Shown in pieces: positions 51,500 through 64,000 of a DNA stretch of 64,000 bases. A program made the translations under genes and the position numbers. This DNA comes from Camelus ferus (lineage: Eukaryota). Below the pieces are notes generated by a model. It was not told the origin of the DNA. It saw only the letters and a list, made by a program, of their open reading frames with translations, and ran no database searches. The stretch lies in the NCBI RefSeq assembly GCF_009834535.1, contig NC_045697.1, positions 19,222,001 through 19,286,000 on the forward strand, in the 5' to 3' direction. Position 1 is the first letter of the stretch. Each line of letters starts with the position of its first letter.

Positions 51500-53300
51500 T
51501 AAGAATAAAACCAAGCCAGAGGAAGGACATTTGCCAGTAATTAGCTGCTTTGTAGAACAAAACCAACCTTCTTTAAAGAAAACAGCAACAATCATGCATA
51601 TGACAAATGATTCTCATAAGGGACGGTGAAGTCCAGAAGGAAACAGAACATTTTAAAAATGATTGAGGAAAGAAAAAACTCTTTCAACCAAGAATTATGT
51701 ATCCAGCATGAAGATTCTTCAAAAATTATGATGAAATAAAGAGATTTTCAGATAAAATAGAAACGGAAAATTTGTTGCCAGTAGACCTGCACTACAAGAA
51801 ATGCTAAAGGGAGTTCTTGAGCCTAAAGAGAAACGATATTGATGAAAACACAGATATACAGACAGTGATGAACAGCCCTGGAAATGATAAATATGTGGAT
51901 AAATATAAAAAAACAATTTTTTTTACTTTATCTTTAAAAAAGCACATGGGACTTTAAAGCAAAAGTAACGTTGCACTTTGGAATTTATAATATGTCAAAT
52001 CCAATATATGACCCTAACAGCACAGGGGACAAGAAAGGAACTGTCCTCTTGAAAGCATCTTACCTTTCACGTGACGAGGTTCAATAGGTACCCTCTGTAG
52101 GATGTAACGAGTAAGGATGAAGAGTGTCATTCCTACCGCGACCGCTAAAAAGAATAAGATATTGCCCAAACTTCTGTGAAACGAATACATAGAAAGCTTG
52201 AAATTCGATTAATTCAAAGGAAAACAAGCAAGGAGAAATGGAGGAACAGTAAGAAGAAAAAAGAAAGACTGGAAAAATAGAAAACAAATAGCAAGATAGT
52301 AGAATTAAACCCAATCATGTTAATTACTTAAGGTGAATTGACTAAACTCTTCATTTAAGAGGCAGAAACTGTCTGCATAAAAATGTAAGACTCTACGGTA
52401 TGCTACCTATAGGGGAACAATTTTAATCTAAGTATTCAGGTGGTTTGAATGTGAGAAGAGGAGGGGCAATGATATACCATGGACTAGTAAGCATAAGAGA
52501 GCTGCTGTGCCTGCATCAGTTTCACAAAGTAGGCATCCAGACAAAGACTATTGTTGCATATAAACGGGCATTTCCGAATGATGACCTAGTTCACCGGGAA
52601 GACACAGAAATCCTAAATAGGTAGGGCTGCTCCTGCTACACAGCTTTAAAATACATGAAACAAAAACAGAATTAAAGCAAGAACTAGACAAATCGACAGT
52701 TATAGCTGGAGATTTTAACACCTGGTTTTCATAAATTGATGTGTTTCCAAATCCAAACTCGTCCTGCTCAGTGCACGACAGGCCAATAAATTGGGAGACG
52801 AGGTGTTGAGGCAAGGAATGACTTTATTCGGGAAGCTGGCAGACCAAGAAGACGGGAGAATAATGTCCTGGAGAACCATCTTCCTCAAGTCAGAATTCAG
52901 GCTCCTTTTATACTAAAAAAAAGAGGGAGTGTGGTTGTTGCAAACTTGTTGGTGTCAGAATTCTGTGTTCTTGTAACTGTCCATGTCAGGTCATTGTGTC
53001 CCTGTAAACCTCCAACAAAACAAGTGTTATTTTCTATTCTGCAAATTGTTATCTTTATATGAATGAGAAAGTGTTATACCCTTAGAGGTCAGAGCCTTGA
53101 GAATGGGCTAGTCTGTGTATTTCAGGCTCTAGGCAACATTCTTTTTACAAAAGGTGCAGAACCAGCATGACTAAGCCCAGGAAACAGAGCACAGGGTTAA
53201 AGACAAAGGAACAGATGTAATATGGAGTCAGATTTTTTCTTTTCTATTACAGATGGAACAAGAAGACCACCAAAAAAAAAAAAAAAAAACCCAGTAAAGA
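51500..53300 (+). mobile_element. L1M fragment (ORF1 3' end, inter-ORF spacer, ORF2 endonuclease) interrupted by an LTR
   Basis: ORF1 C-terminal motif 'aatttgttgccagtagacctgcactacaagaaatgctaaagggagttctt'; endonuclease motif TVIAGDFNT ('acagttatagctggagattttaacacc'); L1 sequence resumes 'gatggaacaagaagac' after the LTR. Confidence 0.8.
52742..53251 (-). mobile_element. ERV1-class solo LTR, 510 bp, perfect 4-bp TSD
   Basis: TG...CA termini; GATG at 52738-52741 and 53252-53255; minus-strand TATAAAA (52906-52912) and AATAAA (52823-52828) in the expected order. Confidence 0.88.
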
Positions 53301-54932
53301 AAGGGAAGGGAAAGTTGGAGAGGGGTTTGCACTCCTTCCCCCACGCTGACCACTTGTGCCCCAGTGTGCCCCGCCTCCTGCTCAGCTCTCGTGAACAGTT
53401 TTGAAATGTCCTTCCCTCCCCGCTCTGTTTAGCAAATGTGTGTGGAATCAACTAAATAAATTATGAAACATATGTCACAATTCTCTTTGTTCTATTACAA
53501 TATAAAGCTGCGGTTATTTTATCCAGAGGGAAAACACAGAACAGGCGAGCACTTGAGTACAAGACAACTGAAAAGTGCAACTCAATTGCAACATCCCAAC
53601 TTGCCTGCAATTATTTATTTGCTCAATAGAGACAGGTGCAGAGCTTGGCATTACTTTGTATACCAGTTTGCTTTACTCTATTTGGGTTATTTGATATGGT
53701 GGCCATAGTTAGTTACAGTTTTTAACTTGTTCATTGCAATTATTTGAAAACAATATTGAAACAAAAGCCCTGCGGTTTTCTTCAGTGTTTCTCCCTGCCT
53801 TTGTCATTTTCTCCTAAGCTTTCTTCTCCTTCCTTTCTTTCCCACTGTGTCTCCCATCACCTGGTTCACAGTTCTTGGGGGAAACCTCTGAGCTGTAAAC
53901 AGGGTTAGGAGAAAGCACTGGCCTAACACACGAGTGATTCGGCAGTGTAGACACTTCCACCTGCGTGATGCGGTGGGGAAAGGGCTTGTCGCATTTGCAC
54001 GTGGAAGCCTGTGCACATTTTGTGAAGTCCTATGTCCCGGAAGTCTTTGAGTTCCAGAGTTGGCGCGCTAACGCTACTGTTACGTTAGACTCTTGTCTTC
54101 CCACCTGACTAGGCTGGCATTAGTGGGAATGGCTCAAAATCGCTCTTTGTACGTTTCCATGCTGGTAACAGTCTCCTAGGTCCTCTCTTCCTATCTCCTT
54201 TGGGCAGGATTCACCAATAATCCATCTTCTTCTATGCCAAGTGTCACAAACTGGCTGCCCTTTGAACCAGAGCTGTCCCTCAAACACTGCACAGTTAAAA
54301 GAATTTCTTTAAGTTCCAAATGAAAACATCTGAAGATTTCACATACACAGATACAAACTTCCTGATATCTTTAAACAAAACCAAGAAAGGAAGACCAGGT
54401 GTTACTGAGCCTGGCTCCGCTCGTGTATCCAGGTGCCTGGCGGCCTGGTGGAGTCCGTGTTTGTGACTCCTCTTGAACTGCCCTCTCCGTCTGGTCAGCC
54501 GCCCTGCCCTCCTCTTCAGCCTCCCAAATACCCCAGGGTCCAAAGAAGTGAAAAAAGTCTGAAGAGCTCTGATGTAAGCCCTGTAAGAATAGCAGGGATC
54601 TCCTGTCTAGAATTCCAAGCCTCCTTTTCCTGTCAGTATCAGATACACGAGCAAACCTTTTCATTTTGCTTATTTTCCATCCCAGGAATAAAGCAATCTG
54701 AAAATTTTTAATAAAAAGCTGTAGTATCCTATAGTTGTCACTAGATGACAGTATTGTACCAGTATTTTCTCAGCTCTTCCCCATTCCCGCCGCCTTCAAA
54801 ATGTTAATTATATAATTTTTCGTGGGAATAATTTTGGTTTCTAAATTTATTGCAGTAGTTTTCCAGTAATGTCAAATTTATCAGTAAGCAGGTAGCGTCC
54901 ATAAGCTGCAGTATTTAAAAGAACAAAATGAC

Positions 54933-54961
54933 TATTTATTTATTTATTTATTTATTTATTT
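54933..54961. repeat. (TATT)7 microsatellite
   Basis: tatttatttatttatttatttatttattt read directly. Confidence 0.9.
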
Positions 54962-57900
54962 CCCTCCTTGGAGGTTCCTGAGTTGATTAATAGAAACAGA
55001 CCATATTGCCACATATAATTGTCACGATTATGCAGGCTGTTCATTTACCGTTTGTGTGTTCACATGCGTTCAGCTGCCACATCTGCAGTGCATGTTGGAA
55101 AAACAGCCCCTTCTCTGTGCACTTTGAAACATCAACCGTTTCTCATTTGGAGCAATTTCTTTATCTTGTTTTGTGAATAATCATTGTTACCCACAAATCT
55201 GGGAGGCAAGGGGGCAGAAAACAGTCTGCACGACAAGCAGGGGGCCCTTAGAGATGCACAGGTGTGTAGGTAGACGAACATGAGCTGTGGGCCGGCCTCA
55301 TGCACAAACAAGGCAAGTGCTGGGAGAGGGAAGTTGTGTGTGTTAATTAGATTAATGGTTTGAGAACAAATCCATTTCAGAGCAGCTAATTAAATGTTTC
55401 ATTTTGAGTTATTTTGTGTAATTTGCTTGGGTATGTGATAGCCAAATATTAAGTATTTAATTTTACCTTGAAGTACAATCCACTAATATTTCACTGATTT
55501 AATTCTTTGGTTTTGGTACTTTGGGTTTTCCACGTGCCCTCTTTTTAGTCCTGGTTAATCCACTTGACAGCTGACCATGAAACAGGGACCCTGCAGTTTC
55601 CTTTTATAAAATGATCAGTTACACCTGGGACCAACCCGAGTGGGATTTAAGCTTTATTGTTGTCATCACCTTGATTACATCCTAAAAGGTTAGAGGTGGA
55701 AGAACTCCTTGAGGGTTTCTCTCATCCAGCCTTCAAGTGCTGCAGTTTCCCTGACGAACTGGTCCTCCAGGCCCTGCATGAGCCCCCCCTCCGCCCCGCC
55801 CCAGGGACGGGACTGTCTTGGGCAACATGCATCGGCACTGGCCTCACTGAGGGACAGGAGGGACTCGGGGGATGTTTTCCCTCACAGTGAGCCAAGGGGA
55901 GGGCAGCGGCAGGAAGGAAATGCAGATGGACAGGTGAGCAGGGCTGTGCCCGGGGAGCTCTGCAGGCTGCAATGAGGAGTTTGGGTCCCTGACAACAAGG
56001 CGCTCCAGGCAGTTGCTATGATTCCATCAGAAATGGCACATGGGATCGAACCTGTCTCACGTCCCAGGTTTATTCTATAGGCAGTGCTCACAGTCTTCTG
56101 TGACCTCTCCCTGATGAGAGAGAGACAGCCTTTCTCTGTGGCTCCAGACTCCTCCCCACCCGTGAGTCAAATGCCTTGAATCTTAGATCCAAGTGATGGT
56201 TTTTAACCTCTGTTCCACTACAGGCATACCCCTTTTTCCCCACCGTGCTTGGAGTCTGGCTTTTGAGTAGAATTTGGCAGCACCCATGTAAGATGTCTAG
56301 AAAAAAGGTCACTAGCTGCCTTTGCTTTCAGGCAAAGGCACCCCTGTTAGTGTGAGCTGGGTCCTCCCCTGCGAAGTTGGGGCAGAGCGCAGCCTCCTCA
56401 GTACAGCCCCTCCCTGGGGCCGATCCTGACTTAGGCACTCCAGCTCCTCCCAACCACCCTTCTGGACTCCTCTCCGCCTCCCCCTCCCTTCTGTGTCCTT
56501 TGGGACCAAAGTTAAGACTGTACATCTTGCGCAAAGCCTGCTAGGACACACCTGTCTCCCCAGCAGAATTCTCCTGCTCTCTAAATGCCTCAGTCCAGCT
56601 GGTTAGATCCTCAGTCCACCGAGTGGGAGGAAGTTTTGAAAGATTTCTCAGAGAGGTGTGTGGGGTCTCACTATCTTTTTGTCCAGGATTTCAGTGGCTC
56701 TAAACGCTGGGTAAATGATATCTGAATGTGAGCAGATAAAATCCTCTTTCTGTGGTGCATGTAGAATTCTGAGAGCACTCTAGTTTCAAGAAAAATTTCA
56801 AGAGAAGTCGCCTTTTATACGTAGCACATATTTTCAACACCAGAGCCTTTGGCTGTGGGGATCTTGTTATAGGAAGCATGAGGTCTGCATTTCCACCTTG
56901 GGACAATCTTGTCTTGCCTCGGGTCTGAAAGTCCTGAGTTCCACCTGCACTCCGTCCAATGCTCACATGTACGGACAGAATTTGCAGAGACTGACTGACG
57001 GGAGGGAACAGGAAGGGAAGGGCTGGGCTGAGAGCGGGGCTGGTGGGAAGACACTCTGACTTTAGACTCTGAGATTCTTCAAGGAGCAATAGGAGTTTTC
57101 CAAGAAGATGAGATGAAGAGTGGGTTCCAGGTAGAGGGAAGAGTGTATGCAGAGATGTGGAAATAGGAAGCAGCAACCTGCATACTCCCTCTGCTTCAAG
57201 GCTCAGCTAAATCCCTGCCTTTTTCAGAAATCACGCAGCAATAATCTCAGACCACAGTGACGTTCCCTGTTGTTGCCGGTCATTCCTATGGAACAAGACC
57301 AGAAGCCCCTGGAGACCAGTTCCGTCCTTTCAGTATGGACCCAGTCCCCAGGACTGTGCTCTGTAACTGCTCAGAGCCTGCCATCCTGTAGGGGGAGTCC
57401 AGGAAGCCTGCAATAAAAACTGCCACGTTGCCAGCTTCTTACTGATTCTGCAACAAAGGAAAAGATCTTCTTTCATCGAATGTAAAAGGTGGAAAAAAAA
57501 ATCCTGAGTTTTTCTTGGTGGAAAACAAAGGAAGTTTGCTTAACTATGTCTGCCTTTTCAACATGTAAAGACTTGTTTTTCTACAAAATAGGGTTTTTAA
57601 TATTTGATAAGTTTTTGAGAACACTGCACAGTATCAACTCTGAATGGTTGGGCTCAGTTCAAAGGCTTGTATAAATCTTTCTAAAGAAGAGCAGTATTAA
57701 AATAGCCCAGTTTCCCTGATTTGGGCTTTAACTATATTTACACGTAAATCTTCAGAAGAGTTCCTCTTCTCAGCTTCACATTCCTCCAGACTCTAATGCG
57801 GGCCTTTTTACGGACCAGAAATCTGGCCAATTTGTGTTTTTCTAGTAGCTCCAACAATAAAGCCACTCTCATTATGGAATAAAATTGAACACTGTCTCCT

Positions 57901-58187
57901 AATTGTGCAGTTGATTTGAATGAAATCTGTTATGTTTGTCTTACTGCATTGTAATCAGGGCAGTTTGGGGGATTCTGCGGGTCCTGGCACCGACATGATA
58001 CCCAGAACTGCAACCACGCCGCCGTCTGTCATTTTGGCGCGCCCCGCTTAGTGGTCCGAGATGTGGGCTTGCTCTCGTTGGTCACATGATGCCTCCGATG
58101 CAGAAGGTCAGACAGGTTCAAATTTGCTCTGAAAAATCACAGTTTTTTATTTGCAGACATCTCTTTAAGGAAAATACTTTCTGATGA

Positions 58188-58213
58188 GTGTGTGTGTGTG
58201 TGTGTGTGTGTGT
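58188..58213. repeat. (GT)13 microsatellite
   Basis: Perfect GT dinucleotide run. Confidence 0.95.
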
Positions 58214-61200
58214 CCCAATCACCACACCAACAAGGACATCCTTGTTTTGGTTCGTACTTGCATTGCTTGTGTGTGTACCTTTGTCCTCTGTGTGGCCCTG
58301 TCTCCCTGGTCAAACGCAGACACAGCTCTGTGAACCATCAGTCTCTGCTTCATACTTTTCCTGCCTCTTTTTAAAATTGGAGAGGAGTCGCCTTCCCCTG
58401 GCGTGGTGACCTCCAGGCTGGGCTCGCTCTTCCTCTGTGTTTCCTGATTCCTGCTTGGTGAGGGAACCTGCTAGGTTGCAGCTGGCTTAGAATTCCAACC
58501 TGTTTTCTGCCCGCAGAGTCATTACTGTCTTTAATTAAGCCCTAAGACGTTGGTGGGGGAGGGGGGAAGCAGTGAATAATCATCTCTTTTTGATTTGCCC
58601 GAAGTGTCTTTGGCTCAAATATAATGAAGGTGAAGATACGACTCTCTCCCTAAGAGCATGGAATTGCAGAAACATTGTGCTGAGCAGGGCTCAACGCAGG
58701 AGAATGTTTGAAGATTTGCTTCTGGTTTTGCTCCAGCTGGTCACAGTAGGGGGGTGATGGACAGTTCAGGGGTTGGTTCATCCTTCTCTGGGGCTTTGTG
58801 TCTTAGGTGCCTGGTGGTCATGCAGACTGGATAATAGACTGTTCTGGTAAGCAGCTAGAATTTCTCTATGCTTCTTATAGGATCCTCTTTTTTATCCTTC
58901 CTTTACAAAGAGGTCAGAAAAGATGGGGTTTTCTCCAGTGCATGTGCTAATTCATTACCCACAGGCTGCTGTTTCCCAGATGCCTGCCAAACTTTGCACT
59001 TTCTGTCGTACATGTTTTATTAGTTTGCACGTAAACGGATGTTGGCAGTCACTCAAGGATCTACCCAGAGCAAGCAAATCTTTTACCAACATCACATGTT
59101 TATTCTCTTGGGTTGTTCCATGTTGTATTTATATCCGCTTTTGATGGCAACTTGTTTTATTATCCTCTATCGTTTCCTTTTTTCTCCTTAAATATAGAGT
59201 GAGTTTCTTTTGTGGCAAATTTTTGGAAGATTACCCTCTAAAATATTCTTGTGTTGATTCGATAAATGTTTTGGAAATATTTGAAATTATAGAAGTTGAT
59301 ACTAAATAATGACTGTTTCGAACTCCCTGGTGACTGTGCATATGCAGATCAATGCTGATTTCCGTCTTATCCCCATCCGGGGCCCCCAAGGCCTGCTTCT
59401 TATTTCTCTCTTTGTTACCTTCGTTAGTCAATGTAGATTCTGTTTCTTTCGTCTTTAAATTATTCCTCATCAATTTAAAGGGCTAATTTGTCAATGACTT
59501 TTATACAAAGCAGCCCATCACCAAAGTCAAATGGAGTTGTCGAGCAAATTGCCTGGGACCACAGCGGAAGAGGTTGGAACAGGGAGTAAAAAGAATTAAC
59601 ATTTACTTACTGTGGACTCTGTGTCAAGTACTTTACATAAGTTATTTCATTTCTTTTCTCACCATCACCCTGTAAAACAGGTATCAGAGTCATGTGATGA
59701 GACTGAGAGGTAAGTCTCTCACCCAGGGCCTGGCAGTGGTAGAGATGAGATCTAAACCAGCCAAATATGGCTTTGAAATATAATCAAGAGATTTAGTGGG
59801 TGAGGGCAGGTGGGGGCGGGTGGGGGCGGGTGGGGAGGATAAGTGGAAGATCAGTTTCACTCAATAATGAGCAACAAGTTAAAACCTGTGTGAGGACATA
59901 CATCGCCTGTCATACACAGATATGCAGGATTACTCTCAGGACCCAGGGACAAAAAGGAAGAGAGAAATGAAAATATGAAGGTGTACTGGGGGGTGTACTG
60001 GGGTGGTCCTGCTGGAACCTCTTGATAGGAGCCAGTGGCTGCAAGCTCAGGCCAGTCCCCAGACCCAGGGACGTGCTCCCTCTCCCTGTGCCCTGCTCTG
60101 CCTGCCACCAGGCAGCCGAGGTGCCCCTACGAGGGGCATCACTTCCATCCCACGAGAGGCAATCCTGCTAACTGGAACTCTGCCATCATAGCCTCCTTCC
60201 TCTGAGCATCTGAATCTTCCTGGAAGCCTTAGATGGCTTCCTAGGACAGAGCTCTGCTTTACGCCCTGGTCCCCCAGGAGGAGGTTCGCACCACACCCAG
60301 GCTGGGCCCACTGGCCTTAAGGGAGAGGAGCGGGAGGGGGTTCAAGAAAGTTACGTCGTTGAGTGTCCTACTGCAAGCTGCTGGCTTCTGGCGCATCCCT
60401 CCAGAGTGCCAGAACAGGGCTTTCAACAAACGAAATACTCCATAAACGTTTGATAAAAGCGTGCAGTGAAGAAGGAAGGAAAGAGCTCCATCAGTTGCCA
60501 TAATTTTGACTGTGTCAAATCCAAAGAGCTGTCCTCAGAGTTCCAAACGTTACAACACTTTCTTCCATTAAACTGACCTTGGACGTCACTTTGCTTAATT
60601 GTTCCTTAGTGGCTCCCGGGTTTTTCTGTCCTCCAAGTGGTCTATTTTCCTGTGCCAGCAGCGACTGCAGCCGGCTTTCTGCCGCTCAGAAGCCTGGCCG
60701 GCTTTCACTGCCTCCTCGCTGGGATAGTCGCCTTACAGTTTCGGAGTTTTCTGTGTGCTGTGCAGCTCTCCTTTGGATGTAACGGGTTCTTGCTTCCCGG
60801 CACAAAAATAAACCCACTCTGGCTGCTTTAGTTTGTATGTGTGGAAAAATACATACTTAGGTAAGAGACCCCTTGGAAAATAAATTGGAGAGGATGCCTG
60901 AAAGTAATCTCCAAGCCTCTTCTGTACCTGGTGGCTTTTTCTGTGGACATGTTCATCTGCTGAGGGAAGTGCACTCCAGCGTCCCGAGTGTTGGTTCCAT
61001 CTCTTTAGAAAAGCAGATTGGCGTTTGTCTCCTAGTTGGAGGTGGCTGTGAAAATGCGAGTTCCCGGCAGAGGCCACGCGCGCGTCCCCACTCCGCTCCC
61101 AGGCCCCCTTTCACATTCTGTGAGGTGGTCGGCTCCCTTTTTCAGTGGGGAGGACACGCACACTCCCTAAGTGACACGTCCGAACAAAATGCAAAAGTAA

Positions 61201-62054
61201 TGCACTTAGAACCAATTTCTTCTTGGACACCTAACAGCTGACCTAAAACTGTGCACATCAACACCCAAACCAAAAGCAGAACTGTAAAAAATGAACCACC
61301 CACAAAATGAAATGGCAAAAGCCTCACACTTGATCCGAAAAACTCAGCCTTTTCTGACATGGTTGGAGCCAGCCCCGAGGCAGTCCCGGGCTTCTGCGGG
61401 AGAGGCTGCGCAGGATGAGTGGTGAGGCTGGAGGGGCCGGGACCCGGTCCAGTGAATTTGACAACATAGTGACCTTGGGCAGAAGCCTGATGTCGTTTTG
61501 TCTCCCTTTGGCCACTTCACACATCTGTCAAAGAGGCATAATAACTCATCTTCATCTCATGTGGGGGCTGAGGATTAATTAATAAGTGGTTGTAAATTAC
61601 TTGGCACTCCTCAGAGGAAACGCATCCTGTAAGCACAAGGAATCGTTACCAGGCAGCTCAGCTGTCTCGGAAGCGATAATGACTTCTGGGAGGTGCTGAT
61701 CACAGGCTGTGGTCTTTCCGGCTTGGAAACCAAAGGTGAAGGGACCACGTGGAGCTTCATCTCCCTGGTCAACCCTGCTGCGGAACAAGGCGTTCTTCCC
61801 CACAAAAATGCCTATCCTGTCAGTGGCATTTTATCCCCTACATTTATGAAACAGATACCTACCTGGATTCTGGCGGGGGATTCACAGCAGGAGACTGGTG
61901 TTTCCCAAGGTGGAGTCTCAGTGCCCCAGGCCCACGTGACACACGAAACCAGAAGGGCTTTGTCAGGAGACCACACAGAATGCACTTTCGTGCGTTAATG
62001 ACCCACAGGGGGTTTATAAGAACCCCTCATTCCCAAAATTATTGGATAAAGTCT

Positions 62055-62520
62055 TGCAGATACTTGCAAAAATTGCATGCTCTACTTTCCGTGGGTCTCC
62101 CCGATTGGAGTGTGACTTTGCAGCTTCTCTCATCAGTCGATGGGTCTGTTTCCATACCCTCTGGTTCTGGGCCGGCCTTGTGACATGCTTTGGCCAATAT
62201 GATGTGGCCGAAATGACGTTGTACCAGTTCTGAGCCTGGGCAACAAGAAGTCTTGCAGCTTCTATTCCCACTGTGAGATCGTTGTCTGTCTCCATGGGAA
62301 CAAACCTGGGTCAGTGTGCGGGAGGATGAGAGAGACGTGACCCCAGCCAACCACCGGCTGACAATCAGAGCCTTCTGATTTATTGGAAGGAAGCTGCCCA
62401 CAGACACACAGCTGCACACAGCCCAGACTGTTGACCCGGAGACTTATGAGCCAAATAAATGGTGGTTGTTTTAAACCACTAAGTTCTGGTTGGTTTGTTA
62501 TGCAGAAATAGATTCAGAAT
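62055..62520 (+). mobile_element. MaLR solo LTR (MLT1G/H-like)
   Basis: 'tctgggccggccttgtgacatgctttggccaat...ccagttctgagcctggg...aaataaatggtggttgttttaaaccactaagttctggttggtttgttatgcagaaataga'. Confidence 0.8.
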
Positions 62521-63094
62521 TCAATAATGGCATGCTTTGAAAAAGTCTTTTAATAGTCCTAGGTATAGAAATTGGAGTTATATATGGGTGACGCATAGAC
62601 GATTTAGTGTTTGGCTGACTGGCTGTATCACTGCGGCCTCTTTGTCCATCTTCTTTGTTTCAGGGAAGAAGCAAGGACTTAATGCCCTACAATTCCTCAT
62701 AGGGTTCTAGGGTATATTCAGCCCACCTGAGTGTATCAGAGCCACCTGAGTGAGATTTGGAAAGTGAAGGAGAAGACGAAGCTCTCGTCCTTGGGTGACT
62801 GTGGGCAGAAGTGCGGGAGGAAGCTGGTATGAGGTTAGTAAGAGCTTCTGGTTGAGCTCCTAGGAATCGCCCCCATGAACCTGACACTTCTGAGTTGATG
62901 ACTTCAAGCAGTGGCTTCCGCAGACCTTCCAAGGGCGTGTAAACCTCTGATGGCGGAGCTTTCCAAGTATATCAGAAGTGAGAATGTGGTGACCGTTATG
63001 ATAAGGGCACTTCCAGGGTAGCATGTGCCGGTCACGATGGCCCTGCACAACCAGACTCCAGATGAAAGTTTTACTTTGCTCCCTTTTAAAAACA

Positions 63095-63240
63095 AGTGTT
63101 TACTAATTTATTATAAAGGACACAGTTCAGGAACAGCCAAATGGACGTGATGTGTATGGGAAGAGGGAGCTTCCATGCCCTGCCCGCCCCGCACGCCACC
63201 CTCCCAGCACCTGGATGTGTTCCCTAGACTGGAAGCTCCG
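63095..63240 (-). mobile_element. MER21-like LTR fragment
   Basis: 'tttattataaaggacacagttcaggaacagccaaatgga...gagcttccatgccct...ccaccctcccagcacctggatgtgttc...ggaagctc'. Confidence 0.7.
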
Positions 63241-64000
63241 TTATTCCTTTTTAACTCAGTGACCTAGGGAACTTCCTGGGCCTTTGGCCTCATTTCACTC
63301 AGATGTAAAATGGAAATGACATTTCTTATCCGGAAGGCTTGTTGTGAGGAATAGAAGTGGTCCCCGTGTGCAGATCTGTGGCACCTCATCACTCACTAAA
63401 TGGAAGTTGTCTATTAGTTCAGGCTGGGTCCGAATTTTCAATGAAAGGAGTCTGAATTGCTGAGTTGTACTCTTTCACGTGGCCCCATGCTACTCCCTTA
63501 GCTCTCCTCTCCCGTGTGACACATTTGTACATCTCAGGAAATTATCAGTAACTTTCTGAGCTCCTCTATTCGGTCCCCCCACCTCCACCGATCCCTGCAT
63601 CTGTGTCTGGCTTGCTCCTGTTGCAAAGATTGTTTTCTAGTAAGCACAAACACCTCCTCAGGTGAATTAGAACACAAGCGCCGTGGCATTTCCCAGGGAT
63701 TTGCCTTTGAAATCAACAAGCAAATCAAAGCATTTCTTTCCCCTGTAAGGATCTCGCCAGGGTTGTGTCAGAACTCGAAGACAAGGTGGGGCGGCGCAGG
63801 AAGGGAAAGAGCACCATCCGCTCTCACTCGCGAGTCCCACAAGGGACTGAGACTGCATTAAAGACAAAAAAGTCGAAAAACGGCGTCTGGTGTCTTGCTG
63901 TTCTTACTTGTTGTCTGTTTACTTGCAGGGAGGTGGCAGGGTGCAGTGGGCTCCTTGCACTCTTTTATGGAGGAAACTTCAACTGCAAACGAGAGGAAAC

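Noticed and set aside
43740..63867. Numerous 60-158 aa ORFs downstream of STIM2
   Set aside because: Expected by chance in GC-richer DNA; many overlap LTR/L2/MIR remnants and none shows a recognisable domain or exon chain.

Overview
Mammalian genomic DNA, probably camelid (a tRNA-Ala-derived SINE resembling camelid Vic-1 sits at 6084-6236). The + strand carries the 3' part of STIM2, the ER Ca2+ sensor of store-operated Ca2+ entry. The window opens inside the large intron after the EF-hand exons. Ten coding exons follow from 13400 to the stop at 39960-39962: SAM domain, TM helix, CC1, CAD/SOAR, Pro/His-rich region and C-terminal polybasic tail. These include the 24-nt STIM2.1/STIM2beta microexon (VATSYLIQ, 25727-25750) that the ORF track misses. 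As assembled, the penultimate coding exon has one extra C (34735-34738), causing a frameshift and a premature stop; this is most likely an assembly error but is untested. After the 3' UTR (to about 41.1 kb) comes GC-richer intergenic DNA with MaLR/ERV1 LTRs, L1, L2, MIR and candidate regulatory motifs. I see no evidence for a new multi-gene system; the best leads concern STIM2 splicing, the frameshift, local GC-biased evolution and TE-borne regulatory motifs. Exon numbers count the microexon as exon 9. Repeat family names and human comparisons come from recall, not database searches, and repeat boundaries are approximate unless a TSD is given.
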